Origin: Botryllus schlosseri
Taxonomy: Eukaryota
Assembly: GCA_051294905.1 (NCBI GenBank)
Contig: CM119379.1
Span: 16,368,001 to 16,432,000, forward strand
Direction of reading: 5' to 3'
Length of the DNA: 64,000 nucleotides
Made by a program: the position numbers and the translations under genes. Of this stretch, positions 25,701-39,714 are shown in pieces (within the stretch, counting starts at the first letter, position 1; every line of letters begins with the position of its first letter). The notes under the pieces were generated by a model, which saw only the letters and a program-made list of their open reading frames with translations, was not told the origin of the DNA and made no database searches.

Positions 25701-28700
25701 ATTTGTCATCCGTGTCGTTGAAATTATATCAACCCGTGTATAATGATTTGAAAGGTAATAACGTTTGAGAAGTCTGCCAAAAGTCAATATAATATCTGAC
25801 TCCTGACTTTGTAGGAGATATATCGCCAGCCACTGTGAAGGAATTGGACGCCAACCTTTTCCAAGGCGGTGAACTAAAGGAAGTTTATTTTGAAATTATG
25901 AAGACCGTGCCGAATATTCATCAGAGATATGATAACGACCCGCTGGTAGGTTAATAGTATGTAGCCAGTTTTTCAATCACTTCTTATTGATCACTGTGCT
26001 TTTCTATTAACTCCGGGAGACGCTGGGGTTCTCATCAATAATTGGTATTGTGGATTATTTCTGCTGGGATTAGGGGATATTCAGAGCTGTGAATGTTTGT
26101 AGAAATGTTATTTGCATTTCTGCATCTGCTGACAAAGCTCAAAAGGGTGAAGCATGTACTGCGAGGTCATCACTAACCTTTTTCGACTCATCGCCCCCCA
26201 AATATTGCGAACCGAAAAAATGGGCATGCAAACTGTAATCACCGGCAAGTTGACTAAAAAAAGGTCAATTTTGCGGCTCAACCTCGATATTACACTTTTG
26301 CAGCCAAATTTTCCTGAGTTGACTAAAAAAGAAGATCTTTTCACCGACTTGACTCCAATATCGCCGTTTTAACGCACCATCGCCCCCCTATCGCCTCCTT
26401 TGTTATTTTCGCCCCCTATAGCCCGTTTTTGCCCCCCTATCGCCCCCTTCGTTATTTTTGCCCCCCCCCCTATGGACAGCCAAATCGCCCACGTTGGGAA
26501 CCACTGCTCTAAGCTGTGCTCAGAAAATCTAAGCTGCGCACAAGAAAGCGGAAGTGATGACCTTATTTTTTAGTCAACACCACAATATTAACAACAAAAG
26601 TGGGTAATTCGGCAGTCCAATCAAAGTGATGACCTTTATTTTAGTCGTTACGCACTGTTGTCCAAGGGACCGCGCAGTGAGTTGGTGAGTGCGCGCAGAC
26701 TCGTGAAAAATTAGAGGGAACATTGCTGATGATGTTTTAAGTTATTTCTATGTGAACAGTTTTGCATGCTGCCAAAAGATTTAGAGACCTACCACATGTC
26801 ATACGCAAATATAACTAGTTATTTACTTGTTTTTGCTGGGTTTGATCGAAATAGGGTTTGTTCGAGAATAATGAAGTTGGTTACATTTCAGATTGTGTCT
26901 CCTGCGTCGAATGTGGATCTGAGCAAGATTCTGGCGTCTAGCACATTAGCCCGTCCACGATCACAGCAAGTTATCAATCCAAACTTAACAAAAGATTATC
27001 TTGACATGCCTTGGAATGGACAGGTAAAACACTAGCTATTTTCACTCGTCGATTTGATTCTACATTCAATTTTTCCAGAACTTTGTTATTATTTTTGTAT
27101 TTCCAGCAATTGAATATCCCCAAACCAACATATCAACCCTACGCCGGCTACCCAAGCAGTGAAGCAACGTCAGTATCACATGTTCAGGAGGAAATTTCGG
27201 CGTTCCACAGATTCACGCCAAGTCAGTTACAACATCCAGGTGTTGATAAGGGGTCGCGGGCTTATGCGTCTTGGCTGCAGTGGTGGAAAAGCACCGTTAA
27301 CAGTGATGATTTCTTCAAATATTTGTCGACGCAGGTATAATTGAATCTATCATTTGTACTTGACTTTGATTCAGGATCAGATTTCATTTGATCTGTGATC
27401 ACGCCTGATCACAGAATAAAGATCGTTTTTTGAACTTACTTGTCTCGTTTATGTTGAGTATTGATAGCATTGCACAATGATATTTCTTGATTATTTCAGG
27501 ATACCGACTTTCTAAGCGTCATATTTCACTTTTATGATAGCGAATACGATGATTCAGAGTTGGAATCGGTAGGAACTGACAAGTTAGAAGCTGAAAGGTA
27601 TGTTTTTGAGATATATTTTCAAGTCACTATTATTTTATTGCTTTAATCAAGTGTCGAAAACTGGGATAATACTTTCAAACTACGTTTGTCGTATCATATC
27701 ATCCAGTGCTTACTATCTTCATATGTATTTAAATGGAAAAATTAAATTTTTCAATTTCCTTGTAGCATGTAGGTTTTGGATGGTTTACCTGCTTTCTATC
27801 ATAAATCATCACTGTTTCTATTACCTATTTCTGGTAGAAAGAGTGTCTATTTTTGGCCATTTTGCATCATGCGATTTTATTGTTATTCAATGTACAGATA
27901 TAAATGTGAGACCATTCATCCAAAATTACTAGCTAGTTACTGGAGTGCTTTTCGGTCTATTTTATTTTTACTTAGAGTAGAGCTTTCTAGCCCTGTAAAA
28001 TCAATACTCGCACATGTGCCTAGGCTGCGCCAATAAGTACTTTAACCTTCTTTAATTGGTGGAACTAGATATAGTAGTGTAACATCTGCAATGCAGTTAG
28101 TGACAAATCAAATGTATTCACACAAAACATTTCCACATCTGTGACTCTTTTGTGTGTTTGTAATCCTAAGGGAAAGAGAGAGGAAGCTCGCAGAGCTGAA
28201 AAAAGAGAAAGAAGAATTCATCCCCGGATTGTGGAATGTAAAATCTGTCATCTTAGGCGGGCTCGGCAAGGACCCCGTCATTGAAGGTTTGTGAACATCC
28301 CTACTTACGATATGTCGATGCCAAATCATCTTTAATTGTCTCATCTTATCAGAAGACGAGCATGAAATCAGCGAGATGGTGACACCTTTATCAACTAGCC
28401 GCAGTCAACGCATGTCGCAATCTCCTTCGAGGACGTTATCTCGAACACCGAGAAATTCGACGCCAAGGTTTGTGGGTTGTTTGCAGAATGATTGGGATTT
28501 TTTCGTTGCCGCAGAATTTCTAATAAGAAGGCTTTCCAGTCTAACATCGACAGTGTTCTTGATTGACGAAGAAAACAGATTCTTATCAGAACATAGTGCA
28601 ATTAATACCGTTATTTCACATTACTGATTTCTTTTATCTGGAATTGACAATCTTCCCTCCTGTCTATTGATAAAGTAGAAATTTTAATTTATTAAGATGT

Positions 28701-31700
28701 GACTAACCTGATCCCGTGCCCCATTTTTAACGTGAACAGTCTAACCAATTGTTTAAATTGAACGCTGTCATTGCGTGGGCTACAACAGTGCAGGCTATGA
28801 ACATGAATGAGTAATGTAATACATTGATAAGCAAAGATTATCTAGATTTTATTCCATCTTGGCATTTTTGCTGCTCAGCCTGTGTAGCCCAGGTTTGTTT
28901 TATGATGTGTGTCTCACAGACCAGAATGACTAGGACGAACTACGGGTAACTACCCAACTCCTACATCGGATTTTGGAGCTGTAGCAAGATAGTTGGCTTC
29001 GGTTTGTCACAAAATTGAGTTTGGTGTATTTATGGCCTATATGCTCTTTAAAATGAGCTGAAATGAAAATGCAATGCGTAAGGCTACAGTACACCTGCTC
29101 ATGACTCCAATTATACTATTTATGGATCACTAACTTCTTGCGAACAATACTGTATTCAGACATGACAGTTATTTCAAGAGCAAGATGGCAGTACCACCCC
29201 TGGTACCACCGATAAAATTCAGAAAAATCGAAGCAGGCAGGAACAGTGCAGTAACGCCGCACAAAACTGTATTAGAGCCAAGTGCGATTGCTGGCTACAG
29301 TCCGAGGGCAGCCAGCGTGGTCACAGACAGTTTAACAGGCACAGGAACCAAGGATTCAACATATATATACTCCGACTCGGAATTCGATGACAGTAAAAGC
29401 GATGTCAAAGACTCTTTCAATTCAGAACCGACCGCTAACAGTGCGCGGTTAAAATATTTTCCGAACCGCGCAAATCCATCTCTTTTACCCATCCAACCGC
29501 AATGCAAAGACGGTGGCAGCATACTAAAGATCGTACAGTCTAGAAATTTGCAAAACGCAATCCTGGAGGGTTACGCGCAAAGTAAATCTTCGTGCAAGTC
29601 AGAGAGCGGAGAGCAGTCGCATGCTTCCACTTCCGGTTATCATTCGGCGAATAGCGAGGTTGTCAGGCACGGTCGAGAGGACGTAAAAAACGATGAGTCG
29701 TGTTTGAGTAGTCGGGATGTCGACACCGAGCCAGCTTGCTTGTCAGGTTAGGATTGCTCGGACTTGGATGTGATTTATTTTTTGTTTTAAGCGTGCGCTA
29801 TATCCTCATAGAGCGTATAGTTAACTTCTGATGTGCAGCCGTTAGTATGCAACCTAACAAGTTCATGAGGTGCCCAGTAAAATTTGCAGAAAAAAAACGT
29901 TTTTAACAACCCTGTTGTAAATGCCTCTTTTAGCATGTTCTTCGTTATATGTTGCTATGCTTGTACGCCAGGGAGAGAATCTGATTTCATTAGTGGTTTC
30001 GACTCCTTCAGACTATCCTTTTTGTATCGTTATCATGGGGTGTTTGACCAGATGAAATTCTTCGTAAACAAAATCAAATGGTATTCGATTTTTCCCTCAG
30101 GCCACTGTCTACTTGAAATATCATCGGAAGACTTGTCAACAACTGATAAATAATCGGTAGGACTGATCATTGGAATTGGAAGACACACCTTTTACAAACC
30201 ATGATAAATTAATTTTGACGGATATTATTAACTACTAGCTTGTTAAATTGTAAATGGTTGTTGGTCATTGATACTTGGTGGTTTTCTGTCAATTCAACTA
30301 CAAAACTCTTGTCGAATGGAAAGACTGCCACTGTACCCCAGTGGTTAGAGCACTGGTCTCACAGTCTGCAATCTGGGTTGTAATTGTATCGACGGGTGAC
30401 ACCGAGAAATCCAGCCACTGACTCCATTCCAGTGCCAGTCCCAAGTCTTTTAAATGGGCAGAAGGAGGGCGTCCTCCGTCCGGCATATAACTTTCGCCAG
30501 ACTATAATGCGGAAAGCTGATCCACGGTGGCAATCCCTAGTCCCTACCCACACGGGAAAATTATTCTTATCGAAACGAAAATTTAAGCATCAATATGATG
30601 GATATGCTTAGGAAACTGCAACAGTATTCCTTATCGATATTTTCAAGCAATCCCAATATATTTTAGACTTGAGCAGGCTTGACATTTTCAGAGAAGCTCA
30701 GGGCCAAATGGAAGAATATACGGGAGAGAAGTGTTTTCTCAGCTAATGTTCCAGTCGATACGAAAAGCTTTTTGAGCAGCAGCGATCACTGTACGAGGAT
30801 AGAACGTATCATTGCAGAAAATAAAATGCTCAACAGGTAGCATAATAGGAGTGAATTTATGTCATACATTATCAGGGTGACTCACTGTGAGCTGTTCCGT
30901 CTTTAGTTACCGTAATATGTCTAAACTAAAGCAAGTTTGACTTGTTTATTCAATGTGAATCTCATTTAACACTTGTGGTCTGTAAATGTTTGATCACGGG
31001 TAGGTCTAATACTATTTCAATCAGGGATATATAGAACTATATTCTAGTTCTATATTTTCCTGATTTCAATTAACAATGAGCAAATTATTATTATCTTTTG
31101 TTGAAAGTATTAATCAATTGTCTACTTTGATTTTAAAATTCTTGAAGGATTCATGGTATCAAACATGTGTCAAACTGATTTTGAATGTATGTAGGAGGAA
31201 CCAAACCTAATTATTGCCTCTGAATCAAAATCATTGCATTACAGATCTCGGTCAAGTCCAAGAGGAACTACTTTTTCATCAAAACCAAAAAGCAATACTA
31301 CCGATTATACCCATCGCAAGCAGGTGATTCATTTGTATCCAGCGCGAATTATGTAATTTGCCAACTCCAAACAATCTTCTAATTACAAATTCTCATTTCA
31401 GCAAGAATCTCCTCGTGAGTTAACGGTTCAAGAAAGACTGGAGATAATTTGGGAAAAATTGAAAATGCCGGACTCACAAAAATTGGATAGCGCTTTGAAA
31501 TACAGCACCGATGAATACATCAAATTATTACCCGAGGTATGTCTACTCAAATACACATCCACATCGCCTATTTACAGCATTGTTAACCCATCTTCAATTC
31601 GATCCTCTTCCATTAAATTCCTTTACAAAGACACTTCTGGTGTGCAATGTATTTGCTTGGATAATTTTGCCGTAATAAGCCACGGAAAATGATATCTTTT

Positions 31701-33940
31701 CATTGTAATCTCTGGTCTACTTTGTAACAGTACACAAACAAAATTTGTCAGATTTCGATGTCTTCTACAGATCACTTTGTCGTGGGAACAAGTTACAGAT
31801 GCAATCTTAAAACGGGAAAAAATCATGGCGAACTTAGAAATCTTTGAAAAAGAAGCTTCTGACCCGAACAGATTTTTCGAGAAAGGTGGGCTTTAGTTAT
31901 TCACTGATACAAAATCAATTATTATCTAGCACTGGGCACCATTTGTTTGTATAATAATAATCTGTATAATTGTAATGTTAGAAGAAATTCCATACCCATT
32001 AGGGGAAAAAGGCTCTTCCGTGGCACGTCTGACTGAAGCCAAAACAAGAGCGTCTTTGTACAAGAAATTGGAAATAGTTGATGCATCTGTGCGTGAATTA
32101 TTGGCCAGTATCAAAAAACGATTTTCCGATGTTGTAACCTTCAATGGACGGCCATACCATGAGAAGATGGATTGGGACAGGTATGGTTATGCGAATTGCT
32201 TCAGAATTGCAGACAAAATCTCAGAATACACTCCAGCAGCTGTAATATATTGCATGACACCATCAGTATTGAGTCGGATGCTGACAACAGTGTTGGAATG
32301 ACACGAGTCATGTTTCTGAATGACTTGACTCCGAATTTGCGAATGAAAAATACGGAATGACTTGTGGCTTGGAGACAAATTTCTGAGTCAATTATCAAGT
32401 CATCAAATATTCTATGTCACAGCTGCCTGATCAATACTAATCCATTATTTAATAGATTCAATGCCTGTTTTCTATATGGTAATGCTCCGTCTTCCATACT
32501 ATTTTAGAATGTATAATACCTTGTGGGCAGCATTTTCATCAATATACATGAGTAGTAGGCACCAAGACGCCTAGCCTATTTGTAATTATGCATATACATC
32601 TGCGCATAAAATCAAACGACACAAACTGAAAATGTTAGATGGCTTGAATCTGAATTTTAAGTCACTTTGCAAATGTACATGACTTGACTCGAGTCAAAAT
32701 TTGCAGAGACTCGAACCGACGTGGTCCCAACACTGGCTGACAGTAGCTTTTACCAGTCAAAATCTGGAACCATATTCCGTCACTTAGTATTACAGTAGGA
32801 TATAAGAAATTCATGTTTGCATGTATGCCCAAAATTGTGAGCCACTTTGGAATAACTAACAGGGTTGTAACCAAGTCACAAGTCTATCTCTCGAGTCATT
32901 TTCAATTCACCACCGAGTCCAAGTCAGCTAGTATAGGGTCGAGTCCGAGTCATAGGGTTTTGACTCGAGTCCGAGTCCAAGTCATTATGTTCACTGTTCA
33001 GTTTTCAGTTCAATCCACTTTTTTCCACTCTGCTCGAGTGATAAAATGGCTCACATTCATAATATAGTAATTTTCCCCGGTCTTAACAGTTTCTAGCCCT
33101 TGTCTTCCAAGTATCAGGACTGATGGACGAAATACCAATAATGTGGTGACTTTACTAATCTTCGAAGTTACAATGAAATGTCTGTCTTGGCCGTGCTAGT
33201 CTCGAGTCAGGCACGATGACTCAAGTACGAGTCGAGTCAATACAAAAATTGACTCGAGTCGAGTCATTTTACGCATTTGAAAATATGACTCGTGTCACCG
33301 AAAAATCACGACTCGACTCGAGTCATTACAACCCTGATAGCTAACTTGATAAAGTATGATAAAAGTCCAAAATATTGTACACAACCACGGTGCAAGCACT
33401 CAAATGCAGGCAGAGGAGGTCAAAGTAGTGTTTATTGGTACCCAAGTAGAAGTAACGTCACAGAAGTAGTCATTCGCAAGGAAGTAAAAAAGTAAGTATT
33501 CTAGGCCTAGTTTTGAAAACTGCCATGTATAAGCAGTAGTAGTTTACGCTTGAGGAAGTAATCTAAGGGGGCAAATGTACTTGAAGTAGAAGTACCAATA
33601 GAAGTACATCGCTTCCGACCAGTGAACACCTCTGAATGCAGGTGGGGTATCGACGTGAACCCATTGCAATTGTTTGGTAAAACTCAAGGCAACAGTAACT
33701 TATCATCTTCCCATCAACTGCATAATTAAAATTCGGTATCGTTTACTTTTCAGAGTGGAGATGTTATATTTCCTGCAGCAAGAGCGTCGATGCCTGATGC
33801 TGCAGGCACACGGCCATCCGGAATCTCTGGATGCTTTCGTGAGTCATGGACAAGTGCGTCCACGCGCAATCTTGCCGCCGATTACGAAGACGTTCACACA
33901 GATACCTATCAACAGCGTCCGATTGACTGTTCCTGAATGA
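19706..33940 (+). CDS. CCDC87: Coiled-coil domain-containing protein 87-like (C-terminal MAP65/ASE1-like region)
   Basis: Exons: 19706-19864 (start tentative), 20003-20362, 21504-21643, 22986-23109, 23505-23636, 23754-23893, 23956-24034, 24349-24450 (or -24484; phase junction unresolved), 24752-24914, 25480-25754, 25815-25945, 26892-27023, 27107-27334, 27500-27597, 28171-28286, 28353-28467, 29160-29746, 30677/30692-30836, 31245-31323, 31402-31536, 31771-31885, 32003-32180, 33754-33940. Motifs WKSTVNSDDFFKYLSTQDTDFL, EASDPNRFFEK and VTFNGRPYHEKMDWDRVEMLYFLQQERR match my recollection of vertebrate CCDC87. Confidence 0.8.
20419..21022. mobile_element. Non-autonomous TIR element (~35-bp TIR) in a CCDC87 intron
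   Basis: AGGGTTAGTGTGATTGCATGTAAAATAAGGTCAGTC at left is inverted at right (GACTGACCTTATTTTGTATGCGATCACACCAACCCT); internal repeats of AAAATAAGGTCAGTC; no clear TSD. Confidence 0.7.
21179..21379. mobile_element. Small palindromic MITE
   Basis: TAGCCTATGTCCATTTT at left and AAAATGGATATAAGCTA at right; the interior is also self-complementary and related to 46859-47115. Confidence 0.65.
21798..22499. mobile_element. hAT MITE (CAGGGGTCACCAA-type TIR) carrying a nested GACTC-family fragment (~22224-22392, reverse orientation)
   Basis: Left ATAGGGTCACCAA and right TTGGTGACCCCTG; 7/8 TSD ACCTAGTG / CCCTAGTG; inner fragment ends TTACAACCCTG. Confidence 0.65.
26165..26506 (-). mobile_element. Second copy of the GGGGGCGA hAT MITE, reverse orientation, in a CCDC87 intron
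   Basis: GTTGGGAACCACTG at 26493-26506, TCGCCCCC repeats, and the shared AACCTTTTTCGAC.CATCGCCCC end; left terminus degenerate. Confidence 0.8.
32288..32735. mobile_element. GACTC-rich hAT MITE, CAGTGTTGG subfamily
   Basis: TIRs CAGTGTTGGA / CCCAACACTG; 7/8 TSD GCTGACAA / GCTGACAG. Confidence 0.85.
32860..33336. mobile_element. GACTC-rich hAT MITE, CAGGGTTGTAA subfamily
   Basis: Perfect 11-bp TIR CAGGGTTGTAA / TTACAACCCTG; 7/8 TSD ATAACTAA / ATAGCTAA. Confidence 0.9.
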
Positions 33941-34307
33941 ACGATTTGAATGTACGAACCAACTTGACGATTGCACTTACTTGGCTGCCAAATCCATAGA
34001 TTGCAGCAATACAGTACTTTTCGACCGTAAGATGCCTTGTATACAAGTCAGTTAGCAAGTTATGTTTGGTCAGTGATCAGTATTGATGTAAAATTGTACA
34101 TTGGCATGTTTTGCAATGTACAATGTTCATTCCGAGCGTGTAGAGATGTTCCTTCTGGCGACAGAGGACCAGCATTTGCAGCTTTATAATGGTTGATTCG
34201 AGGACATTCAAATGCAAATGAGAACAACCACTAGCAACTATGGTGTCAATGAGATATCCCTACCAGGTGGATATGCTGAAGACCGAATGGGTGTACAGAA
34301 TTGTACC

Positions 34308-34793
34308 CAGGGTTGTAAACAAGTCACAAGGCTCTGAGTCACAAGTCAATCTCACTTTTATAGTTTTGACTCGAGTCATTTTCAATTCACTACCGAGTCA
34401 AGTCCGAGTCCAAGTCATCGAGCAGAGGGTCGAGTCCGAGTCATGGTATTATGACTCGAGTCCAAGTCATCCTGTTGACTGCTCAGTTTCCATTCAAAGT
34501 CTTGTTAAACCCACTTTATATAACTCTGGTGATATCGAATGTTTTGCATTTAAAATATTCTAATTATCTCACTCTTGGCAGTTTCTGGTCTCATTTTCCA
34601 GTACCAGTACCAATAGACGAAATCCCAATAGGGTAGTTACTTTACAATTCTTTGAAATTAAAATGAAATGTCGGTCTTGGTCGTCCGAGTCTCGAGTCAT
34701 ATGACTTTGTTCGAGTCATGCATATTTTGAGAAAATGACTCGAGTCATCAGAAAATCGCGAGTCGAGTCATGACTCAAGTCATTACAACCCTG
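34308..34793. mobile_element. GACTC-rich hAT MITE, CAGGGTTGTAA subfamily, between the CCDC87 and PPIB 3' ends
   Basis: Perfect TIR and perfect 8-bp TSD ATTGTACC (34300-34307 and 34794-34801). Confidence 0.93.
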
Positions 34794-35477
34794 ATTGTAC
34801 CCCATAAAGCGTCAAGAATGTAGTCAAATTAACAACTCTACTAACCATGTCATTGTCAGTTCACCACAAGCATATCTGTAGCACTTCGTGTTTAGCCGCT
34901 TATAGCAATGAATGGTTAGTGAGTTACTCTACTCTTCATCTGTACTTCTGTCTAGTTTTTATTTTAAATCCTCGTCTTCGGGTTAACATATCAAAATTTT
35001 GCAGCAGCAGTAGGCTTGATTTGAGACACGCTTATGTCGATGTGTCTGTTCCGAAAGTAGTCCATGCTCTTTACTCAGCAAAAACATGAAGAAATACCTA
35101 ATGTTCCTTAGTCATACTAGACACAACACGAGCATACAAAATTTGCGCAGTGCACGGGCGCTTTTTACTGCAGCATTAATAACTATTTCTTGAAGCTATA
35201 GGTTACAATTCTGGCAATAATATCAGTTTCGAATTTGTCATCTCCTCAACCACCGTCCACCTGTCACCCGGACACACCAGTTCAAAACCACAAATCTCAA
35301 ATCAAATGTCTTGTATTTGCTTCAGATCATACTGCAGTACAAAAACATTGCCACTATTCAACACCAGAGAGAAGTTCGCTCTATAAAATATATTTGCTTC
35401 ACTAATTTGATCACGGACCAGCTTTTCAATGGCCGTACCAAAGCCAGGGCGCTTCGTGCTGCAACCACCCGTGAACA

Positions 35478-37873
35478 CTACTCCTTCACTGGTTCTTTCG
35501 AAACGGCGTACGGCTTCTCAAGTTTGACATGAGACGCATCGGCGATCACGCAATCTTCGGAAGGCCTGTCTCTGCCGTCTGTGCCGACTTTCTCAACCGT
35601 TCTGACAACATCCTGAATGTAAGAAAAGTTATGATCAACACCTTACACAATGTTGGAGCAAAGGGACATAGGCAGTGAACAAGTACTCATACTTTACAGA
35701 ATAATCCTGTCGTTTTTGCCTGCTTGCACAAGTTGTGTTTACAAACCACTTCCACTTCTAATTGACCTTATTTTCACACATCACATGTACGAGCCCTGCG
35801 TCACAAGACAATTGACTACATTTCCGAATATCGCACCCGCTTATGATGTTGGTCATTTTGTGAAAGCCGCCAAGGTGCATATCTTAATGCTGGAAGTTGC
35901 CACGTCCGATTAACCATTAAATGCATGCAAAACCCCGATCAAATCTATTTCCTGAAACTACTGCAGTACTTTTGATACCTTTGTTCTCTACTTCTACTGC
36001 AAGTTGTTTTGGCATGTCATAGAAACACCTACTTGTACTTGTAATCGAGAAGAAATTCTCATTATTACTACTACTTCAATTTGAGTGTCAATACCGACTA
36101 ATTTTAACAATGGTAGTATTAGTTACTCGACCCTGTATGATAAAAACTGACGTGAACATGGTCACGGCCATAGCAAATACTGCTCTTGGGAGTAGAGCGC
36201 TATTTAATAAGCTAGGAAAAGGCTACTAAGACATAACCAAAGCACTCAGCGTGAGCTGGTTGTCACCATTAGTTGGTAAGACAGAAGATCGTCATCATTG
36301 TGCTTGGGAAAGCGGCAGTACAAGCACGAGACGTCTCACCATTCCTCCCACAATCTTTCCGAATACGACGTGCTTGCCATCCAACCACGGAGTTTTCACT
36401 GTTGTCAAAAAGAACTGCGAGCCATTGGTGTCTTTCCCTGTCGATGCACGAATCAAAGATATCATTACATGACAGAAATTATACTGCTTGGCGACATGAT
36501 TGTATAGAGTCGCCGTGTTGACAATTGAAAATTACATTCGACCCTAAATTGCCGAGGACACTACAAATAGGTTTAAACGCAGTTGACACCATAGAATTTG
36601 TGATGACGAATTCACTTATAAAATTGATTCAGAATATAACATATATTGACCATACGAGTACAAATTCAAGATGTATCGGAAATACCTGCATTGGCCATGC
36701 TCAACCAACCAGCCCCGTAATGCTTCAGTTTGAAATTTTCATCCGGAAATTTTTCGCCGTAAATGCTTCTACCTATAAAGAGAGGAGGGCTGGAGAATAC
36801 GTTGCTCACCATTTTCGGAATTGAAGGATTACCTCCAGTACCATCGCCTCGCGTGAAATCGCCACCTTGGATCATGAAGTCTTTTATTACTCTGTGGAAC
36901 TTGGATCCTTTGTAGCCTTCGCCCTCCTGAGAATTTGCGTAAATAAGATATTTACATGAGTGTTTTACAATTGGTTTGGTGAGGGAAGGTTCTCAAAATT
37001 CACTGTCAAAGAGGGAATGGCATTCATCAGAGTAAGCGGTAGAAGCAACAACTACCATATTTCGCTAAAAAACATGACCTTTGCAGTTCAAGTCAAACAT
37101 TCGTTTCGGTACAGGAAAATTAAGGGGGTACATAGAGCAGTCTCCACTCATTTTGTAAAGAAATTCTGAGAAGAGATATTCGATTTTCTCTATTGTAGCT
37201 GCGTGGTTTGTATATTCTATAAATCAAGAGTGTGATTTTATTGGTTCTACACAGACGGGATTGATGGGTAGAGGATTTAAGATTATCAAGCTCCAGTGGA
37301 ATTAGTGGAGTATATTTCCCACCTGAAAGTGGATAATTAAATACTCTCTTTTTTTGTCTTCTATAGGCTGACTAGCAGACATAATAAAAATTGCTTTCAA
37401 GCAAGTTTCAGCCCTTCTGGTTCGAAGTCACAAATGTAATGTATTCGTCCGAGGTACCATTAGCTAGCCCAAAGGTCATTAATATCACATTTGTATACTT
37501 CGAAAACCATGGACCAACCTCTCTCGTGGACAATTCTGCGAAGTTCTTCACAGTTTTTGGAACCGTTTTTCCGAAAAGACCGATTGTAATTTCACCAGCA
37601 TCCTTACCCCCGATTGTGATCTTAAATTTCACCTGAAATATACAAAGCCGCTCGAGCAATTGCAGACAATATAACGAAAAACTATACAGGTCTGGATAAA
37701 GCGCGCAAAGACATCCACATTAATCCCGTTGTACTAACCTCATCAGTGACAAGTGGACCTTTTTTCGCCTCTGATTCATCTGAGAGGAAGAAGAACAATC
37801 CCACAACAATCAGCAAACAACTACCAACGCCGACCTGCATCCTGTACCGTCTCCACCACAGAACTGAATTCAT
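35478..37873 (-). CDS. PPIB: Peptidyl-prolyl cis-trans isomerase B (cyclophilin B), 220 aa
   Basis: Exons 37739-37873, 37519-37632, 36833-36926, 36686-36772, 36340-36437, 35478-35612. Signal peptide, [67 protein letters not shown]-terminal EKPYAVSKE. Confidence 0.97.
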
Positions 37874-39714
37874 ACGAAGTTGGTCGAAAGAATAGCGAGT
37901 CTAGTGGCTGCTGCAATCAGACAGATGCCGCGTTCTCTCATCATATCGTATGCCACGTTACCTACTCTGATTCGAAGATCAGTCAGCCATGGCAGTAGTC
38001 GCTCATAAACCTTGTCGGTAGTTGGCGATCAAGCGTCATCTGCACAATGCACAATCTTCGAAAAGATATGTGGCCTGTCAATCATTGAAGGCTCAATGAG
38101 AATCACCGGATTTCATCAATCCTTCCGGATATTTCGGACTTGTTAGTTTCAGTTTAAAGCGAGAGTATGTCGAGAAGCATTGATTCGCATGTAAAATTGG
38201 ATAATCCAATAAATTCTGCTCCTAAAATAGATAATATAAGTTTTTTCTCATTCAATACCCGGAAAAACTGAATCCGGATGTGAGGCGCAGCCGGGCAAAG
38301 TAAAAAATCACATATTGTAAGCACACATGTGTTGTATGACGGATTCGTATCACGATGGAGACTTCGCTGTAGCTTTCGTAGCAGATGCGTCGTGACGATG
38401 CTTTACTTGATCCGGGAATTACGGTGGCTGGTTGAGCTTTGTATTATAATAACTTTCTACAAGCCACAAGTTTGCAACAAAATGAAAAGAGGAATTGGCG
38501 AAACTGAAGTACGCCAGTACGGTACCGTGTATACAACTTGATGGGTCTTTGGGTAGTCTTGCATTTGCAATATATATAGCCTAGAACAGAGGTTCCCAAC
38601 CGCCGGTCCGTGGCAAGTTTCCTGCTGGTCCGCTAAATATATTAGTTTATATCTGAATTTCAAAATGCAAGAAGTTGGTTGCTTGTCCATGAATTAACGA
38701 AATGAAACATAAAGTTTTGATATGATTCAGAAGTTAGGAACGTTAGAACGTATATATACTTGTCTGCTTGGTGTCGTAATAGAGAGTTCATGATCGTACC
38801 CTAACCTTGACCCTCCTAATACCCCCTTTCCCAACCCTAAGTGCCACTTGACTGTATAGGCCTATAGAGAGAGGGACAATCTATTCGGTTCAATGAACAT
38901 AACAAAGCTTATTATATATCATTCAGAACCAGGCTGTAGCGAAGCCGAAGGGATCGGTAGATCATCAAGTCAGCTACAGCCTGAAATATGAGACGCGTTC
39001 GTAAAGCAAAATATATAACATGTTCGCAATGTATCAAAAACAGATGAAAAACTGAGTGGGATGGGATCATTCACAGTAGGTAACCTAAAGAATGGACGAG
39101 ATAACACAATGGCACTGACTACAGGAACACAAACTAGGCAAAGAAATGCTGATTGACAAATTTATAAAGAATTTTCATAATTTTCTACAAGATATTAGTA
39201 TAATAGCTAGGCTATAGCAAACAACAATGTCGTATGTCTTCCAAAGGATACTAAACACTCACAATCGGTTAACTCGTGAAATTCTGCTCACGACTTCACC
39301 TTGCAAACTGCAATAGAGCCACGTATAAATATTCAATGTAAAAAAGGCAAGGCCCAAATCAAGGATAAATTTTTTAATTGGTAACCGACAGTAATCAAGT
39401 TCTGACTTATATACCGGCACGGTATACTGCGGAAAAATTCAATGATTAATGATATCCTGGCTGTCAGTTATCCTGTTTATTGGGATTGAAATATGAGCAT
39501 AACCAACAAAATTCCGCCAATCATCCGCCGATATATCTATTGACATGTGAACATATCTTGTTCATGAAGCTCTTTGAGTCCTGACCATGAAACACCCAGG
39601 TTGTGAAACCATACAGTATATATATATCACGTAAATCGCAATATTTTATTCTTTTTCTGCAGACTTGTTTTCCAGCATAAGGAAAATAGCTTTTCACCTG
39701 AATAATTTGACACC

